Assembly: GCF_006345805.1 (NCBI RefSeq)
Contig: NC_042997.1
Coordinates: forward strand, 2,666,001 to 2,730,000
Direction: 5' to 3'
Origin: Octopus sinensis
Lineage: Eukaryota
DNA: 64,000 bases
The notes under the pieces are model-generated. The model saw only the letters and a program-made list of their open reading frames with translations. It did no database searches and was not told where the DNA came from. Positions 27,434-39,231 of the stretch are shown here, piece after piece (position 1 is the first letter of the stretch; every line of letters starts with the position of its first letter). The translations under genes and the position numbers were made by a program.

Positions 27434-28150
27434 GCACTGTGGAAATCGTTAATTACAATAAGTTATATATACGTATTTTCTGGTGACCTTAACGCATACA
27501 TCAAAATTCCAATGTATCACACGAGTGAGACAACCACAATTAAAAAAAAAATACACCTCACACGCACAGTACATATGTATATGAATGCATGCATACGTGT
27601 GTGTATGTCTGTGTGTGTTTGTGTATGTGTGAGTGTGAGCTCGCTACTGATGTCCTGACGGAGAGGCCACAACTGAAGGATATCACAAGTGTGATACGAT
27701 GAAAAACTTTTAAAAAATACACATTTAACACCTACATATACATACGTACATAAATACATGCATATGTGTGTGAGTGTGTGTGTGTGTCTCTCTGTGTGTG
27801 GGTGTACGCGTGTGTATGAGCCCGTTACCTATGTTCATATCGAAATCCTAGACATTCTAACTCACTAGTTTCATACATGCACAAACTCAAGACTGGAATA
27901 CACCCTATATACTGTCCATTGTTTCGGAGACTTCTCCGTACAATAGTAACCAAAGTCTTTCTAAATATTTTCTCCATACTTCGCTATCATAACTCCTCGA
28001 TACTTACTAGGTTCTCCGACGTAACCTTTTCGTGTTTACATAAATTTTACTTCATTTATGCTGACTAATCAAAATATGAATTTTTTATCGTAATTATAAT
28101 TCAGCCCAAACCTATCAACTCTCCAGTCCTTTGCTTTTTGCTGGTTTGTT

Positions 28151-28211
<61 letters not shown>

Positions 28212-28816
28212 TGCTTCTCCATTTCTCAGTACATGTTCCACCTCCGTTACCCCACTCTTATACCTTGAATTCTTTTCTTGCTTCTTCCAGTCCTTATCTA
28301 TAACCAGCTCCCCCTCTTAGTCAACTTAATCTCTGCTCCTCTGTATTATTCTTGTACTTTTTTCCTGTTTCACCAGCCGTCCGCCTCCCTAGTTTAGTTC
28401 TTTCATTTCATTGCTTGTCTCTTTCTGTCTTTCTCTATAACCTGCAACAATTCTATTTGACTTAAAGTCTGCTTAGCGTGTACCGAACAATCAGTTGCAT
28501 CTCCTTTTATTATACTGACCTTACTGTGACCCAACACCTCCTTCCTCTCTCACATCTTCCCTATTCATTCCCACTATTACTGACAGCTTCCTACATCCCA
28601 CCTCCTTGTATTTCTTCTTGTGTTTTCCCAATCTCTTTACCGCCACTAATTAAGCAGCTTATAAATCTTCCCCTTCATGTATTTTACACCTTTTCCTCCT
28701 CACCTCAACGTCAGCATTTTACTCTCTCGCATTTCTATACGAACTGGTTTGGCGAATTCTTTCTCCTGGGGAAGGTAGCCAGTGATATATTAATATATCG
28801 GTGGGTCCCTTTACGG

Positions 28817-31135
28817 CAGTGATTCCCAAGGTGGGGCGTACGCCCCACTGGTGGGGCCTGAGAAAATTCAGGTGGGGCGCGGGGCATAGACGTGGGCTGT
28901 GAAAATATTTGTACATGACGAGCGGTCATCGCGGGCACAACCTTGGATTCCGTCTTTCCTTTGAAGCCTCCACATCGGAAACTCTCGCACCCCAGCGAGA
29001 CAAAGAAGATCCCGCACTGAGCAATAAACTTACTATTCAGATAAGCCAATCAATTGCCTCAATTAGTTTGCCTCAATTAGTCTTTTGTTAGCCCTATTGA
29101 AAATGAGCAAACCAAACAAGAAGAAAACTCGTCAATACGCGGTGGAGTTTTTGAAATTTGGATTCATTCCTGATGAGCATGATGAGCGTAAACCGTTTTG
29201 CTTATTATGTATTCAGACGATGAGCAATGAGTCAATGAAGGCAGGTAGGCTGGAAGCGCACTTAAAGGTAAGACATCCTAATAATTCTAATTTAGATTTG
29301 GAATACTTCAAATCATTGAAAGAAAAATTTAAAAACCGAACAAAACTCACTTCACTATTTCATGCAAAACAAGCGCCTCATACTCGTGCCATTGAAGCCA
29401 GCTACGAAATCTCCTTGCTTATAGCAAAACATGGAAAGAATCACACTATTGGAGAGCAACTGATTAAACCTGCTATCTCAATATTCTTAAAAACTGTATT
29501 ACAAAAAGATGATGGAGATATCAGGACTATGCCACTCAGTAATAACACTGTCTCGAACAGAATAGATGAAATGGGGCAAGATGTTGAAAGCCAGCTCATT
29601 GAGAAATTAAAATTGCGTAAGTTTTCATTACAAATGGACGAATCCACAATCCGGACAGTGAGGCTCTGTTATTGACTTATGTGAGGTATATTGACCACGA
29701 GGAGTTTCAGGAAGAGATGCTGTTCTGCGAATCGTTTGAAACCACCACAACTGCAAATGATATTTACATCAAAATCAAACATATTTGGATGCAAACAAAA
29801 TACCAAAGGAAAACTTACTGGCATGTGCGGCAGACGGTGCACCTGCCATGATGGGCAAGAATACGGGATGCTTAAAAATGATGAAGGATGAAAATCCAAA
29901 CATGTTGACTGTCCATTGTGTAATACACAGAGAAAACTTGGTTGCCAAGAATTGTCCCCTGTTCTTAACAAGATTCTTCAAAGTGTGATCAAGTGTGTCA
30001 ACAGCATTAAAAGAAATTCTAATCTGAACGTCTTTTTAAGCAGTTTTGTATAAATCAAAGTGCCGAACATGTTCGATTATTGCTTCATACAGAAGTAAGA
30101 TGGCTATCAAGTGGAAACTGCTTAAAGAGGTTCATGGAATTATTTGATCAGATTAACGACTTTCTTAGTGATAAATGTGAAATGAAATTGCTGTCAACAA
30201 CGGATGGAAAAGCATTTGTCAGTTATTTGACAGACATATTGAGAAACTTGGAAACTTGAATAAACAACTTCAAGTGCAAACATGACACTTATTGATGCAA
30301 AAGCAAAGATTTTTGGATTATTACAGCTCCCGAATTATGGAAAAAGAAATTTTCCAAAAGAAATTTCAGTGAACTTTACTGGTTGAGTAAATGTGAAATA
30401 ACGAATGATGCTGGCATTGTAATTATTGATCATTTACATATCTTGATAAAGGATTTCAATGACAGATTTTGCGATTTAAAGGCAATGAATTTTCCTTCTT
30501 GGTTAACTCAACCGCTTCTGATTAACGTTTCTGATGCTACAATCCAATACCAAGAAGAGTTATCAGAATTACAACATGATGAATCAGTGAAGACTTTGTT
30601 TAAATTGAAAGGTACAAAGATGTGGCTATATGATGAGGTTGAAAGAAAATATCCTAAAATTTCTACATCAGCGAGAGAGCTACTGATTCCTTTCCCTTCG
30701 TCTTATTTGGTCGAATGTGGTTTTAGTGCAGTTGATAATTTGCTCGAAGCCAAGAGAAACCGGCTTGAGATTACAAAACGTGGCGATTTACGACTGAAAT
30801 TAACAAAGTTGTCTCCTCAAATTAAAAACTTGTGCTGTATGCATCAGGCACAGGGTTCTCACTAAATTAGTCGAGCTGACCGTCAAATAATTGAACTGAA
30901 AAAACGTGTTTCTTTATTCTTTATAAATTGACATTTTTTAAAAACATGAGAAATCGTAATAATTCTCAAACTATTTTTTTGTATTTTGAATACAATTTTT
31001 TAATTTTTGATTTTTTTTCAATTGTAAGTAGGCCCACATGTACTTGTAAATGTGAGTGGACATGGGAAAAGGTGGGGCGTAAACACTTTTGCTATGAAAA
31101 AGTGGGGCGCCGGGAAAAAAGGTTGGGAAACACTG
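28817..31135 (+). mobile_element. hAT DNA transposon, Buster/Charlie group, full length
   Basis: TIRs are CAGTGATTCCCAA and TTGGGAAACACTG (13 bp, 1 mismatch). An exact 8-bp TSD CTTTACGG (28809..28816, 31136..31143) has the central TA typical of Buster elements. There are subterminal GGGGCG repeats and an internal transposase. Confidence 0.96.
29103..30865 (+). pseudogene. Buster-type hAT transposase, frameshifted as assembled (589 aa after restoring 7 homopolymer bases)
   Basis: BED finger (CLLC...HLKVRH), FSLQMDEST, ADGAPAM, HCVIHRENL, EVRWLS and a C-terminal PFPSSYLVECGFS, assembled from track ORFs 29085, 29785, 30383 and intervening frames. Confidence 0.92.
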
Positions 31136-31227
31136 CTTTACGGGATGCATACCCATGAATGTGTGTATATTCCATCTGCTAATTTCGAAAATTACTATTA
31201 TTATTATTAATATTCTGAGCTTTCAGA

Positions 31228-31228
<1 letters not shown>

Positions 31229-31269
<41 letters not shown>

Positions 31270-31412
31270 TATATATATAATATATATATATATTATATAT
31301 ATACATATATATATATATTATATATATATATATAATATATATATATATATATAAATATATACATATATATATATTATATATATATATATAATATATATAT
31401 ATATTATATATA

Positions 31413-31450
<38 letters not shown>

Positions 31451-31496
31451 TAATATATATATATATATATAATATATATATATATACATATATATA
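31229..31496. repeat. (TA)n tract of ~270 bp upstream of the LINE
   Basis: Direct reading. Confidence 0.99.
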
Positions 31497-33203
31497 CATC
31501 ATCAACATCAACATCGAAGAAGATGATATCACACTAGCCATTGATGAGATTGACACAAACTCAGCTGCTGGACCTGATGGATTCCCAGCGATCCTTCTCA
31601 AATCGTGCAAACGAGCCCTTGCAAAACCGCTACAGCTTCTTTTTCAGAGCTTTCTGAAGTGGTAAGCTCCCAGTCAAACTGAAAGAGGGGGTAATATGCC
31701 CTATCCATAAGGGAGATAGCAGAGCAGATGCTAAAAATTATAGGCCTATCTCTCTGACCTCACACTTCAGCAAAGTCATGGAACGAATAATCCGTAAGAA
31801 ACTAATCATGTTCCTCGAAGAAAATGACTTACTGTCTGACACCCAGCATGGATTTCGACCAGGTAGAGGCTGCCTAACACAGCTCCTGCAACACTATGAC
31901 TGGGTGTTGAAACAGCTACTAAATGGCTCAAATGTGGATGTAATATAACTTGACTTTGCAAAAGCCTTTGATAAAGTCGACCATGGTATTATCTGTCACA
32001 AACTGTGTGGTCTCGGCATAGGCGGGAAACTTGGAGAGTGGCTGCACAACTTCCTAAAAGACAGAAAACAGGCAGTTGTGAGCGATGGAGCCACCTCCAG
32101 GGAAACACAAATAACAAGCGGTGTCCCACAGGGCACTGTCTTGGGGCCACTGATGTTCATAGTGGCCCTTTCAGACATGCCTTCAGTTGCTACGATGACC
32201 ACCCTTGCTAGCTATGCAGATGACACAAAAGTCTCCCACGCAATACAAAACCCTGAAAATATTGCGCATCTGCAACACGAGCTGGACACAATATACAGGT
32301 GGACTGAGGACAACAACATGCAGTTTAATGCAGGTAAATTCCAGGCCCTGCGCTACTGGCACACAAAGGTAAATGACGTGAAGACTAGATACACTGGCCC
32401 AGGAAGAATTGCAATCCCTGAGTCAAATCAGTGCGTGACCTGGGCATTGACATGAGCAATGATGCATCTTTCCAAATGCATATTGCTAATCTGGTGATAA
32501 AATGCAGACGGCTAGCTGGATGGATTCTCCGAACTTTCAGAACAAGAGAGAAGGAGACACTGATGGTCCTATGGAAAACATTTGTCCTCAGCCGCTTGGA
32601 CTACTGCTCCCAACTTTGGTCACCACACAATATAAAACAAACAGCAGAACTCGAAGCAACTCAGAGAAGCTACACAAAGAAAATCGTCTCAATGCAAAAT
32701 GTCAGCTACTGGGAAAGACTGAAGGTATTAAACCTCTTCTCCCTGGAGCGGAGGCGGGAGAGATATGCAGTGATATACATCTGGAAAATCCTGGAGGGTC
32801 TTGTCCCAAACTTTGGCATTCAAAGTTACTCCAACCGCAGAACGGGGCGCCGCTGCGTGGTGCCAAGGATTCCAACATCACCATCAAAATACAGGTCCAG
32901 ATACTGCAACAGCTTGGGTTTCAGAGGACCACAGCTCTTTAACATCCTCCCTAAATGCCTGAGAGACTTACATGGTGTGGATGTGGGTTTCTTTAAAACT
33001 AAACTGGATCTCTTCTTGTTGGGAGTCCCAGATGAACCTACCTCACGACAGGAGACACGGATGCGGGCAGCAGCATCGAACTCCCTTGTTGATCAAGTGC
33101 CGCGTATCAGAGGTGGATTCACAAACTAGTGTAGCTCATTCAGCGGTGGTGCCCCAGCATGGCCGCGGCCTTCGGGCTAAAACATTTTTAAGGATTTAAG
33201 GAT
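31497..33203 (+). mobile_element. 5'-truncated CR1-group (CR1/L2-like) LINE, RT region and 3' tail, between (TA)n tracts
   Basis: GPDG, NYRPISLTS, QHGFRPGR, DFAKAFDKV, GVPQGTVLGP, YADDTK, LDYCSQLWSP and YWERLKVLNLFSLERRRERY. There are two 1-nt deletions and one TAA. The tail is a stem-loop plus (AAGGATTT)n. Confidence 0.93.
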
Positions 33204-33257
33204 TATATATATATACATATATATATATATTATATACATATATATATATATATATAA

Positions 33258-33311
<54 letters not shown>

Positions 33312-33413
33312 GTATATATATATATACATATATATATGTATGTATATATATATGTATATATACATATATATATACATACATATATATACATATACATATA
33401 TATAATATATATT

Positions 33414-33448
<35 letters not shown>

Positions 33449-33453
33449 CTACC

Positions 33454-33499
<46 letters not shown>

Positions 33500-33504
33500 A
33501 TATA
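33204..33504. repeat. Compound (TA)n/(TACA)/(TATG) tract of ~300 bp joining the LINE 3' end to the PLE 3' end
   Basis: Direct reading. Confidence 0.98.
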
Positions 33505-33576
33505 GACCGAGGTAAACACATAAATGTGAAACAAGGTGGAAAAAAGAGTACTCAAATACAGTGGTAGAGTAATATG

Positions 33577-34461
33577 CTTTATTTTAAGCAGCAGAAAATT
33601 CAACAAAATCTGTTACTCTGAGTTTCTCGTTGCCGTTCATCAGACAGTTTTTGCTAGAATGGAACATATATATTAATTCAATCTATACTCTTACAAACGC
33701 TACACCTTTAAAAAGAAATGGACTTGTTTGATTGGCCCTTTAGAAAAAAAACGGTCAATCTTCGAGCGATAAACAAAAAGGTCAAAAATATATGTATATA
33801 TATAAAAAAACTTATAAAAATTATAAAAATTATAAAATCCGAGGAAAAAACCGAGGAAAAAACCTATTGCCGTTAATGAAGACAGTACAAATTAATGCAT
33901 AGAAATTAAACCTGTTATAAATACTGCAATACATATTTATATTAAAATCCACATATATATATCAACATACACAAAAGGATGCGCGTAAACGCCATACATA
34001 CATATACAGACGTATGAATATGAATCTAAATATACACATAAAAGCATGTGTACATATATTCACGCAAACCGTCTCGCACGCAAGCTAAAATTCATCTATG
34101 TAGCAATTCTCATATACTGAGCAAGGAGGGGGAACGAAAGAAAGGGAAGAGAGAAAAAGGAACGAAAGAGGGGGGGAACTTGTAGCGATGTTATTGGCAT
34201 CTATAGAGGCCAGTATACATACACAAGTTTGAATTGATACATATACATACCGTCGTGTGTATGCGTGCTTAAGCACAAGCATACTTTCACTTACACATAC
34301 ACAGATACGCATGCTTACAAATACATATGCTTTGCTATACACAAACTTATATAAACATTCTAAATTTGACAACATTGCTTTTTTTAAAAACATTGCTTTT
34401 AAAAAATGGGTGCATTAATAAAAATATATACGAAAGACATATAAAATAAAATATAACATCC
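33577..34461 (-). repeat. Left arm of inverted repeat (3' region / pseudo-LTR of the PLE)
   Basis: Reverse complement of 36822..37711. The differences I saw were single-base indels, mostly in homopolymers. The same spurious peptide appears in track ORFs 34085..34393(-) and 36824..37201(+). Confidence 0.95.
33610..33647 (-). ncRNA. Minimal type I hammerhead ribozyme (sense to the PLE ORF)
   Basis: Minus strand CTGT-CTGATGA-ACG GCAA CGA-GAAA-CTCAGAGT-A-ACAG. Stem I is CUGU/ACAG, the CUGAUGA and GAAA cores are intact, stem II has a GCAA loop and an A.A mismatch at its base, stem III is ACU/AGU, and the cleavage triplet is GUA. Confidence 0.8.
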
Positions 34462-34654
34462 TATTTTGGGTCATTTATAAATAATCAAGGTAATATAAAT
34501 AATCAAGGTAATCCTATGCAATACAATAACATGAAAACAGAGTTTGTAGGTTTTTCCTAATATATATGTAGAAACAATGAGACTTTGCTATAGATCCGTC
34601 GTAGCGCTTAAGAGTCAAAATCAAAATCAAAAATCAAAATACAAAATATATACT

Positions 34655-36775
34655 CTATCCATATGGTATATTTATATTCGACATTTTAAATTTAGCCGCG
34701 TGCCTACATAAGTTCATTAACTCACTTCTTTGATTCAAAGAATTATTGTCTTTGAATAATATGTGCATTTTTTCTAATAAGCAAAGCTTGCACTTGAAAT
34801 TATATTTGTAAGTTCCATGCCTGTATGGTGCCGCCCTGTCCAGAATGCTCCATGTCACGTTGAAAGGTGGGGCTTCCTTTTCTTTTAGTTCCCAGACATA
34901 TTTTGCTAGGCTGGTTTTCTTCCTATTCTCTGGGTATTTAAAAGAATTCTTATGAGAATAAAATCTTGTTTTAAATGAATTTTCTGAAGCCCCTGTGTAT
35001 GTCTTGTATTCCGATGAGCCTTCCACTTGCACCTTGGCTCTATAAACCACTCCTTTCACTAGACATTTCCCTTCTAACGGACAGGAGCTTTCGCTTTTGC
35101 AATTACATTTTTTAATGGGCTCGGCACCATGTCTAATCTCAATTAGCTTCCTATTATGTTGGCTAATGTAAGAGGCGAAATTTCTGCAACAAGAATAGCT
35201 AACCTTCAGGGTTCTTCTATTAAATATTCTGTAGAATTTATGACCCTGCTTAAAATGCTTAGAGACTAATCTCAAAAATTCCTTACCTATATTAGTCTTT
35301 ACGGCCAAATTGAAAGCCGGGTTGAACCACAAAACTTTCCTGGTCCTAGTTCTTCGTGCAGCATTATTATTAGCATTAAGCTGGTTGAACTGGATCTTCT
35401 CCGAGAATCCACTATTCTTTAATGCGCTATCGTAATAAGGTGCAGCATTATGGAATGCTGCCTCGTCCGAAGAAATTGAAGATATTCTTCTACCTACATT
35501 GCTGACTAAGTTGCTAAGGATAACTGGTGGATGGTTCGAATCTTTGCTAATATACGATAGCTTTTCATTGGGCTTACGGAAAGGTTTAAATCTATCCGAT
35601 CTTACATTAAAATTTACGTCTAAAAAATCTACACTATTCAGGTTAGTATCTATCGTAATCCGTAAGCCCATCCTTTGAAAGAAAGCTATAAGGTCCTTCC
35701 TAAGTCTATCTGATTCATGGCCGTTTAGATTATGCGTGGCTATAAGGCCGTCATCCCTATATAGACCTGCATCTATAAATGGGAATTCTATTTTTAGATT
35801 ATGGAGAATAAAGGCTCCTATGAGCATACATAATTCAGCCCCGTCGTATGCCCCCATCGGTACATCGAAAAGAGAATCCTCAGTCTTCTTAATCCAGGTG
35901 GAATCCTCGAAAAACAGAAGCGATTTCCTCGCATGCATAATAATTTCAATTTCCGAGCTATCGATGTTGACATACTGCTTGGCGAAGTCCAATGCCCTTA
36001 GGAGCAACGTCCTAGATATCGACGGGTAAAAGTCAATAATGTCGAATTGTGTGAAACTACAATTATTCTTATAGCTAATACCTTTAAACCACTCTATAAC
36101 TGACTTACTATTCTTCCAAATTCTCAAGTCTACTTCACTATCTAACTTAACTAAAATACTGTCCAAAATATTTTTGCTAATAATTCCTATCTCAGTTTTA
36201 GCCGGATTTATCAATCTACATTTAGGGTTTCTACTAAAATTGTCTTTATGGTCTTTCAGAGTAATAAAAGCTGGTCGTGGTGAAAGGTATTCAATCCTAT
36301 CGCTAATCTTAAGATCGTTAGCTATTCCTCTTGCTTCTAAGTTCACCTCTTTGTATATATTCGTGTTGTCTTTTTTGTATGTGTCCGTGACACTATTCGA
36401 AATCAGGCGTTTATAAACGTCCTTATCAAGTGCATATAAGTTCCTTGTCTTGTCAGAATTAACGAAGATCTTATTCGAGTCGTTAATCTCCTTAATTTTT
36501 TCTCTCATGTTTTTTTGCAATTGGTTGGTAAATTTGCGGAATTTAATTTTCCTAATAATCTCGAAAAGGTCTTTCTCGAAGGCTTCTAATTCCGGAATCG
36601 GTGGCGGGTTTCTGGGAGATTTAAATCCATATTTGTTACCTTCTATTTTCTGTTTATTATCAAAGAAGAAGGCTTTCCATCTCAGTCTTCTAATAAACTC
36701 TTCCGTTTCCTCTATAAGACCTTTGATATATTGTTTCCGTGCAGGGATAGGTATATTTTTCTGAGAAAAATCCAG
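34655..36775 (-). CDS. Penelope-like element ORF: reverse transcriptase + C-terminal GIY-YIG endonuclease (frame open from 36826; no ATG before 36508)
   Basis: The track ORF 34655..36520 (621 aa) extends in frame upstream as LDFSQKNIPIPARKQYIKGLIEETEEFIRRLRWKAFFF. RT motifs are FDIIDFYPSI, VPMGAYDGAEL and LYRDDGL. A Cys linker CNCKSESSCPLEGKC precedes a GIY-YIG-like VVY...YTG, KTRFYSH and a terminal CKLC..EK. Confidence 0.93.
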   Translation of the reverse strand: MDFSQKNIPIPARKQYIKGLIEETEEFIRRLRWKAFFFDNKQKIEGNKYGFKSPRNPPPIPELEAFEKDLFEIIRKIKFRKFTNQLQKNMREKIKEINDSNKIFVNSDKTRNLYALDKDVYKRLISNSVTDTYKKDNTNIYKEVNLEARGIANDLKISDRIEYLSPRPAFITLKDHKDNFSRNPKCRLINPAKTEIGIISKNILDSILVKLDSEVDLRIWKNSKSVIEWFKGISYKNNCSFTQFDIIDFYPSISRTLLLRALDFAKQYVNIDSSEIEIIMHARKSLLFFEDSTWIKKTEDSLFDVPMGAYDGAELCMLIGAFILHNLKIEFPFIDAGLYRDDGLIATHNLNGHESDRLRKDLIAFFQRMGLRITIDTNLNSVDFLDVNFNVRSDRFKPFRKPNEKLSYISKDSNHPPVILSNLVSNVGRRISSISSDEAAFHNAAPYYDSALKNSGFSEKIQFNQLNANNNAARRTRTRKVLWFNPAFNLAVKTNIGKEFLRLVSKHFKQGHKFYRIFNRRTLKVSYSCCRNFASYISQHNRKLIEIRHGAEPIKKCNCKSESSCPLEGKCLVKGVVYRAKVQVEGSSEYKTYTGASENSFKTRFYSHKNSFKYPENRKKTSLAKYVWELKEKEAPPFNVTWSILDRAAPYRHGTYKYNFKCKLCLLEKMHILFKDNNSLNQRSELMNLCRHAAKFKMSNINIPYG

Positions 36776-36821
36776 CGGGTAGGAAGAACAAACAGCTGAA
36801 AAAGATGGAACTTTACCCGCT

Positions 36822-37711
36822 GGATGTTATATTTTATTTTATATGTCTTTCGTATATATTTTTTATTAATGCACCCATTTTTTAAAAGCAATGTTTTTTT
36901 AAAAAAAGCAATGTTGTCAAATTTAGAATGTTTATATAAGTTTGTGTATAGCAAAGCATATGTATTTGTAAGCATGCGTATCTGTGTATGTGTAAGTGAA
37001 AGTATGCTTGTGCTTAAGCACGCATACACACGACGGTATGTATATGTATCAATTCAAACTTGTGTATGTATACTGGCCTCTATAGATGCCAATAACATCG
37101 CTACAAGTTCCCCCCTCTTTCGTTCCTTTTTCTCTCTTTCCCTTTCTTTCGTTCCCCCTCCTTGCTCAGTATATGAGAATTGCTACATAGATGAATTTTA
37201 GCTTGCGTGCGAGACGGTTTGCGTGAATATATGTACACATGCTTTTATGTGTATAATTTAGATTCATATTCATACGTCTGTATATGTATGTATGGCGTTT
37301 ACGCGCATCCTTTTGTGTATGTTGATATATATATGTGGATTTTAATATAAATATGTATTGCAGTATTTATAACAGGTTTAATTTCTATGCATTAATTTGT
37401 ACTGTCTTCATTAACGGCAATAGGTTTTTTCCTCGGTTTTTTCCTCGGATTTTATAATTTTTATAATTTTTATAAGTTTTTTTATATATATATACATATA
37501 TTTTTGACCTTTTTGTTTATCGCTCGAAGATTGACCGTTTTTTTCTAAAGGGCCAATCAAACAAGTCCATTTCTTTTTAAAGGTGTAGCGTTTGTAAGAG
37601 TATAGATTGAATTAATATATATGTTCCATTCTAGCAAAAACTGTCTGATGAACGGCAACGAGAAACTCAGAGTAACAGATTTTGTTGAATTTTCTGCTGC
37701 TTAAAATAAAG
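36822..37711 (+). repeat. Right arm of inverted repeat (inverted pseudo-LTR copy)
   Basis: Starts GGATGTTATATTTT and ends TTAAAATAAAG, followed by (TA)n. Matches 33577..34461 in reverse complement. Confidence 0.95.
37641..37678 (+). ncRNA. Minimal type I hammerhead ribozyme (inverted-arm copy)
   Basis: Same 38-nt motif as 33610..33647: ctgtctgatgaacggcaacgagaaactcagagtaacag. Confidence 0.8.
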
Positions 37712-38419
37712 TATATATATATATATGTATGTGTAAATATATAGGTTTTTCTATATATATATGTCAAGCCTAATCGTGTTTACGTGCATCATTATCACCA
37801 TACCAGGTCAACTAGATTTCTCTCATAGCCTCACTATAGCGACACTTTATTTCGTGTACCTGGTAATATATAAAGATATCGAAGTTCAAGTACAGATAAT
37901 TTGAAAACTAAAACCTGCTTTCTATACTTAGCATTTATAGCGTCCCCTCTGAAGGTATATATACATGCATACATACATTAATGCAAACATACATTCAAAG
38001 ACACTATCTCGAACACACACATATGTATTTATATATATATGTGAGATTGTGCGTTTGAATGTATGTTTGTATTAATGTATGTATACCGTCAAAAGCTGTG
38101 CTAGAAAACAGGTTGTAGTGTTCAAATGATTTGTACTTGAAATTCGATATCTATATTGCGTACCAGGCACACAGAATAAAGTATGGCTATAGTGTGGCTA
38201 TGAGAGAAATCCAGTTGACCTGATATGATGGTAATGATGCAGATAAACCAGATTAGGCTTGACATATATAGATTAACCTATATATTTACACATATAGATA
38301 CTCACACACAAGCACACACATACATATGTATATATATATGCGTTCCGTAAACGCATGCCGAAACAGTTGTTTCACGGTGAGCTTCTAAAGGGGAAATGCT
38401 ATCAACGTAGACTAATAAA

Positions 38420-38918
38420 GGGCTAAGGGCTATTATGACGTCACTTGGAATGGATCCAGAAGGCATTGAAACCCTTGCTTCCGATCGAGTTGGAGGGCGA
38501 ATAAAAGTGTGGAGTGGAGTGAAAGCACTTGAAGAAGCCTGGATAACGCATGTAATACGGAAAAGAGATATAAGGAATAATTTAACGATCGAGAAGGTGA
38601 ATGACAATTAATTTTTTGTGGGCACAATCTGTGACAGGCTATACCTGTCTTTTACTGGGATCAAATCTCATCTACGAACCCATGGGAAACGAACCTCCAC
38701 CAACAATTTTGCCTACATGCCTGTGCACACATTTGAAGGCAGTGTATGCCAGAAAGTTTTCAAATGCCTCATAAGACATTTTAAGATCAACAAAACATAA
38801 ACATATCGGATGTGCAATCTGTGTGGGTGGTTTTTTGCAGAACATTCTCTAGTTTAAAAAGCCACATCAGATGCCAAACTGATGTGGTCAAACTTTGCAT
38901 GAAGAGTAGACAACCACC
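38420..38918 (+). mobile_element. 3' end of an RTE-clade LINE with three degenerate C2H2 fingers
   Basis: DPEGIETLASDRVGGRIKVWSGVKALEE (RTE-type C-terminus), then ICDRLYLSFTGIKSHLRTH, VCQKVFKCLIRHF and CNLCG..LKSHIRCQ. It ends GAGTAGACAACCACC + (TA)n. Confidence 0.7.
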
Positions 38919-39090
38919 ATATATATATATATATATAATATATATATATAATATATATATATATAAATGAATGAATACTAATAGATGAGAATACAGATAC
39001 AAATCCCTATCTGTACACTCATCTATTTTTATTCCTTCATTTCTACACACACACATATATATATATGTGTGCTGTGTGCGTATTTATATG

Positions 39091-39157
<67 letters not shown>

Positions 39158-39231
39158 TAATAAATAAAATATATGCATACATACAAACATATATGTACGT
39201 ACCGACATCTACATGTATATATACATGCATA

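Larger units (their letters stand above)
33505..37711 (-). mobile_element. Penelope-like retroelement with an inverted copy of its 3' region at the 5' side, inserted in (TA)n
   Basis: RT-GIY-YIG ORF flanked by ~0.89-kb inverted repeats. Both outer ends run directly into (TA)n, and each arm carries a hammerhead motif. Confidence 0.9.

Noticed and set aside
34085-37201. Two ORFs encoding the same ~100-aa peptide on opposite strands
   Set aside because: A by-product of the inverted repeat. The reading frames diverge at homopolymer indels and have no recognisable domain.
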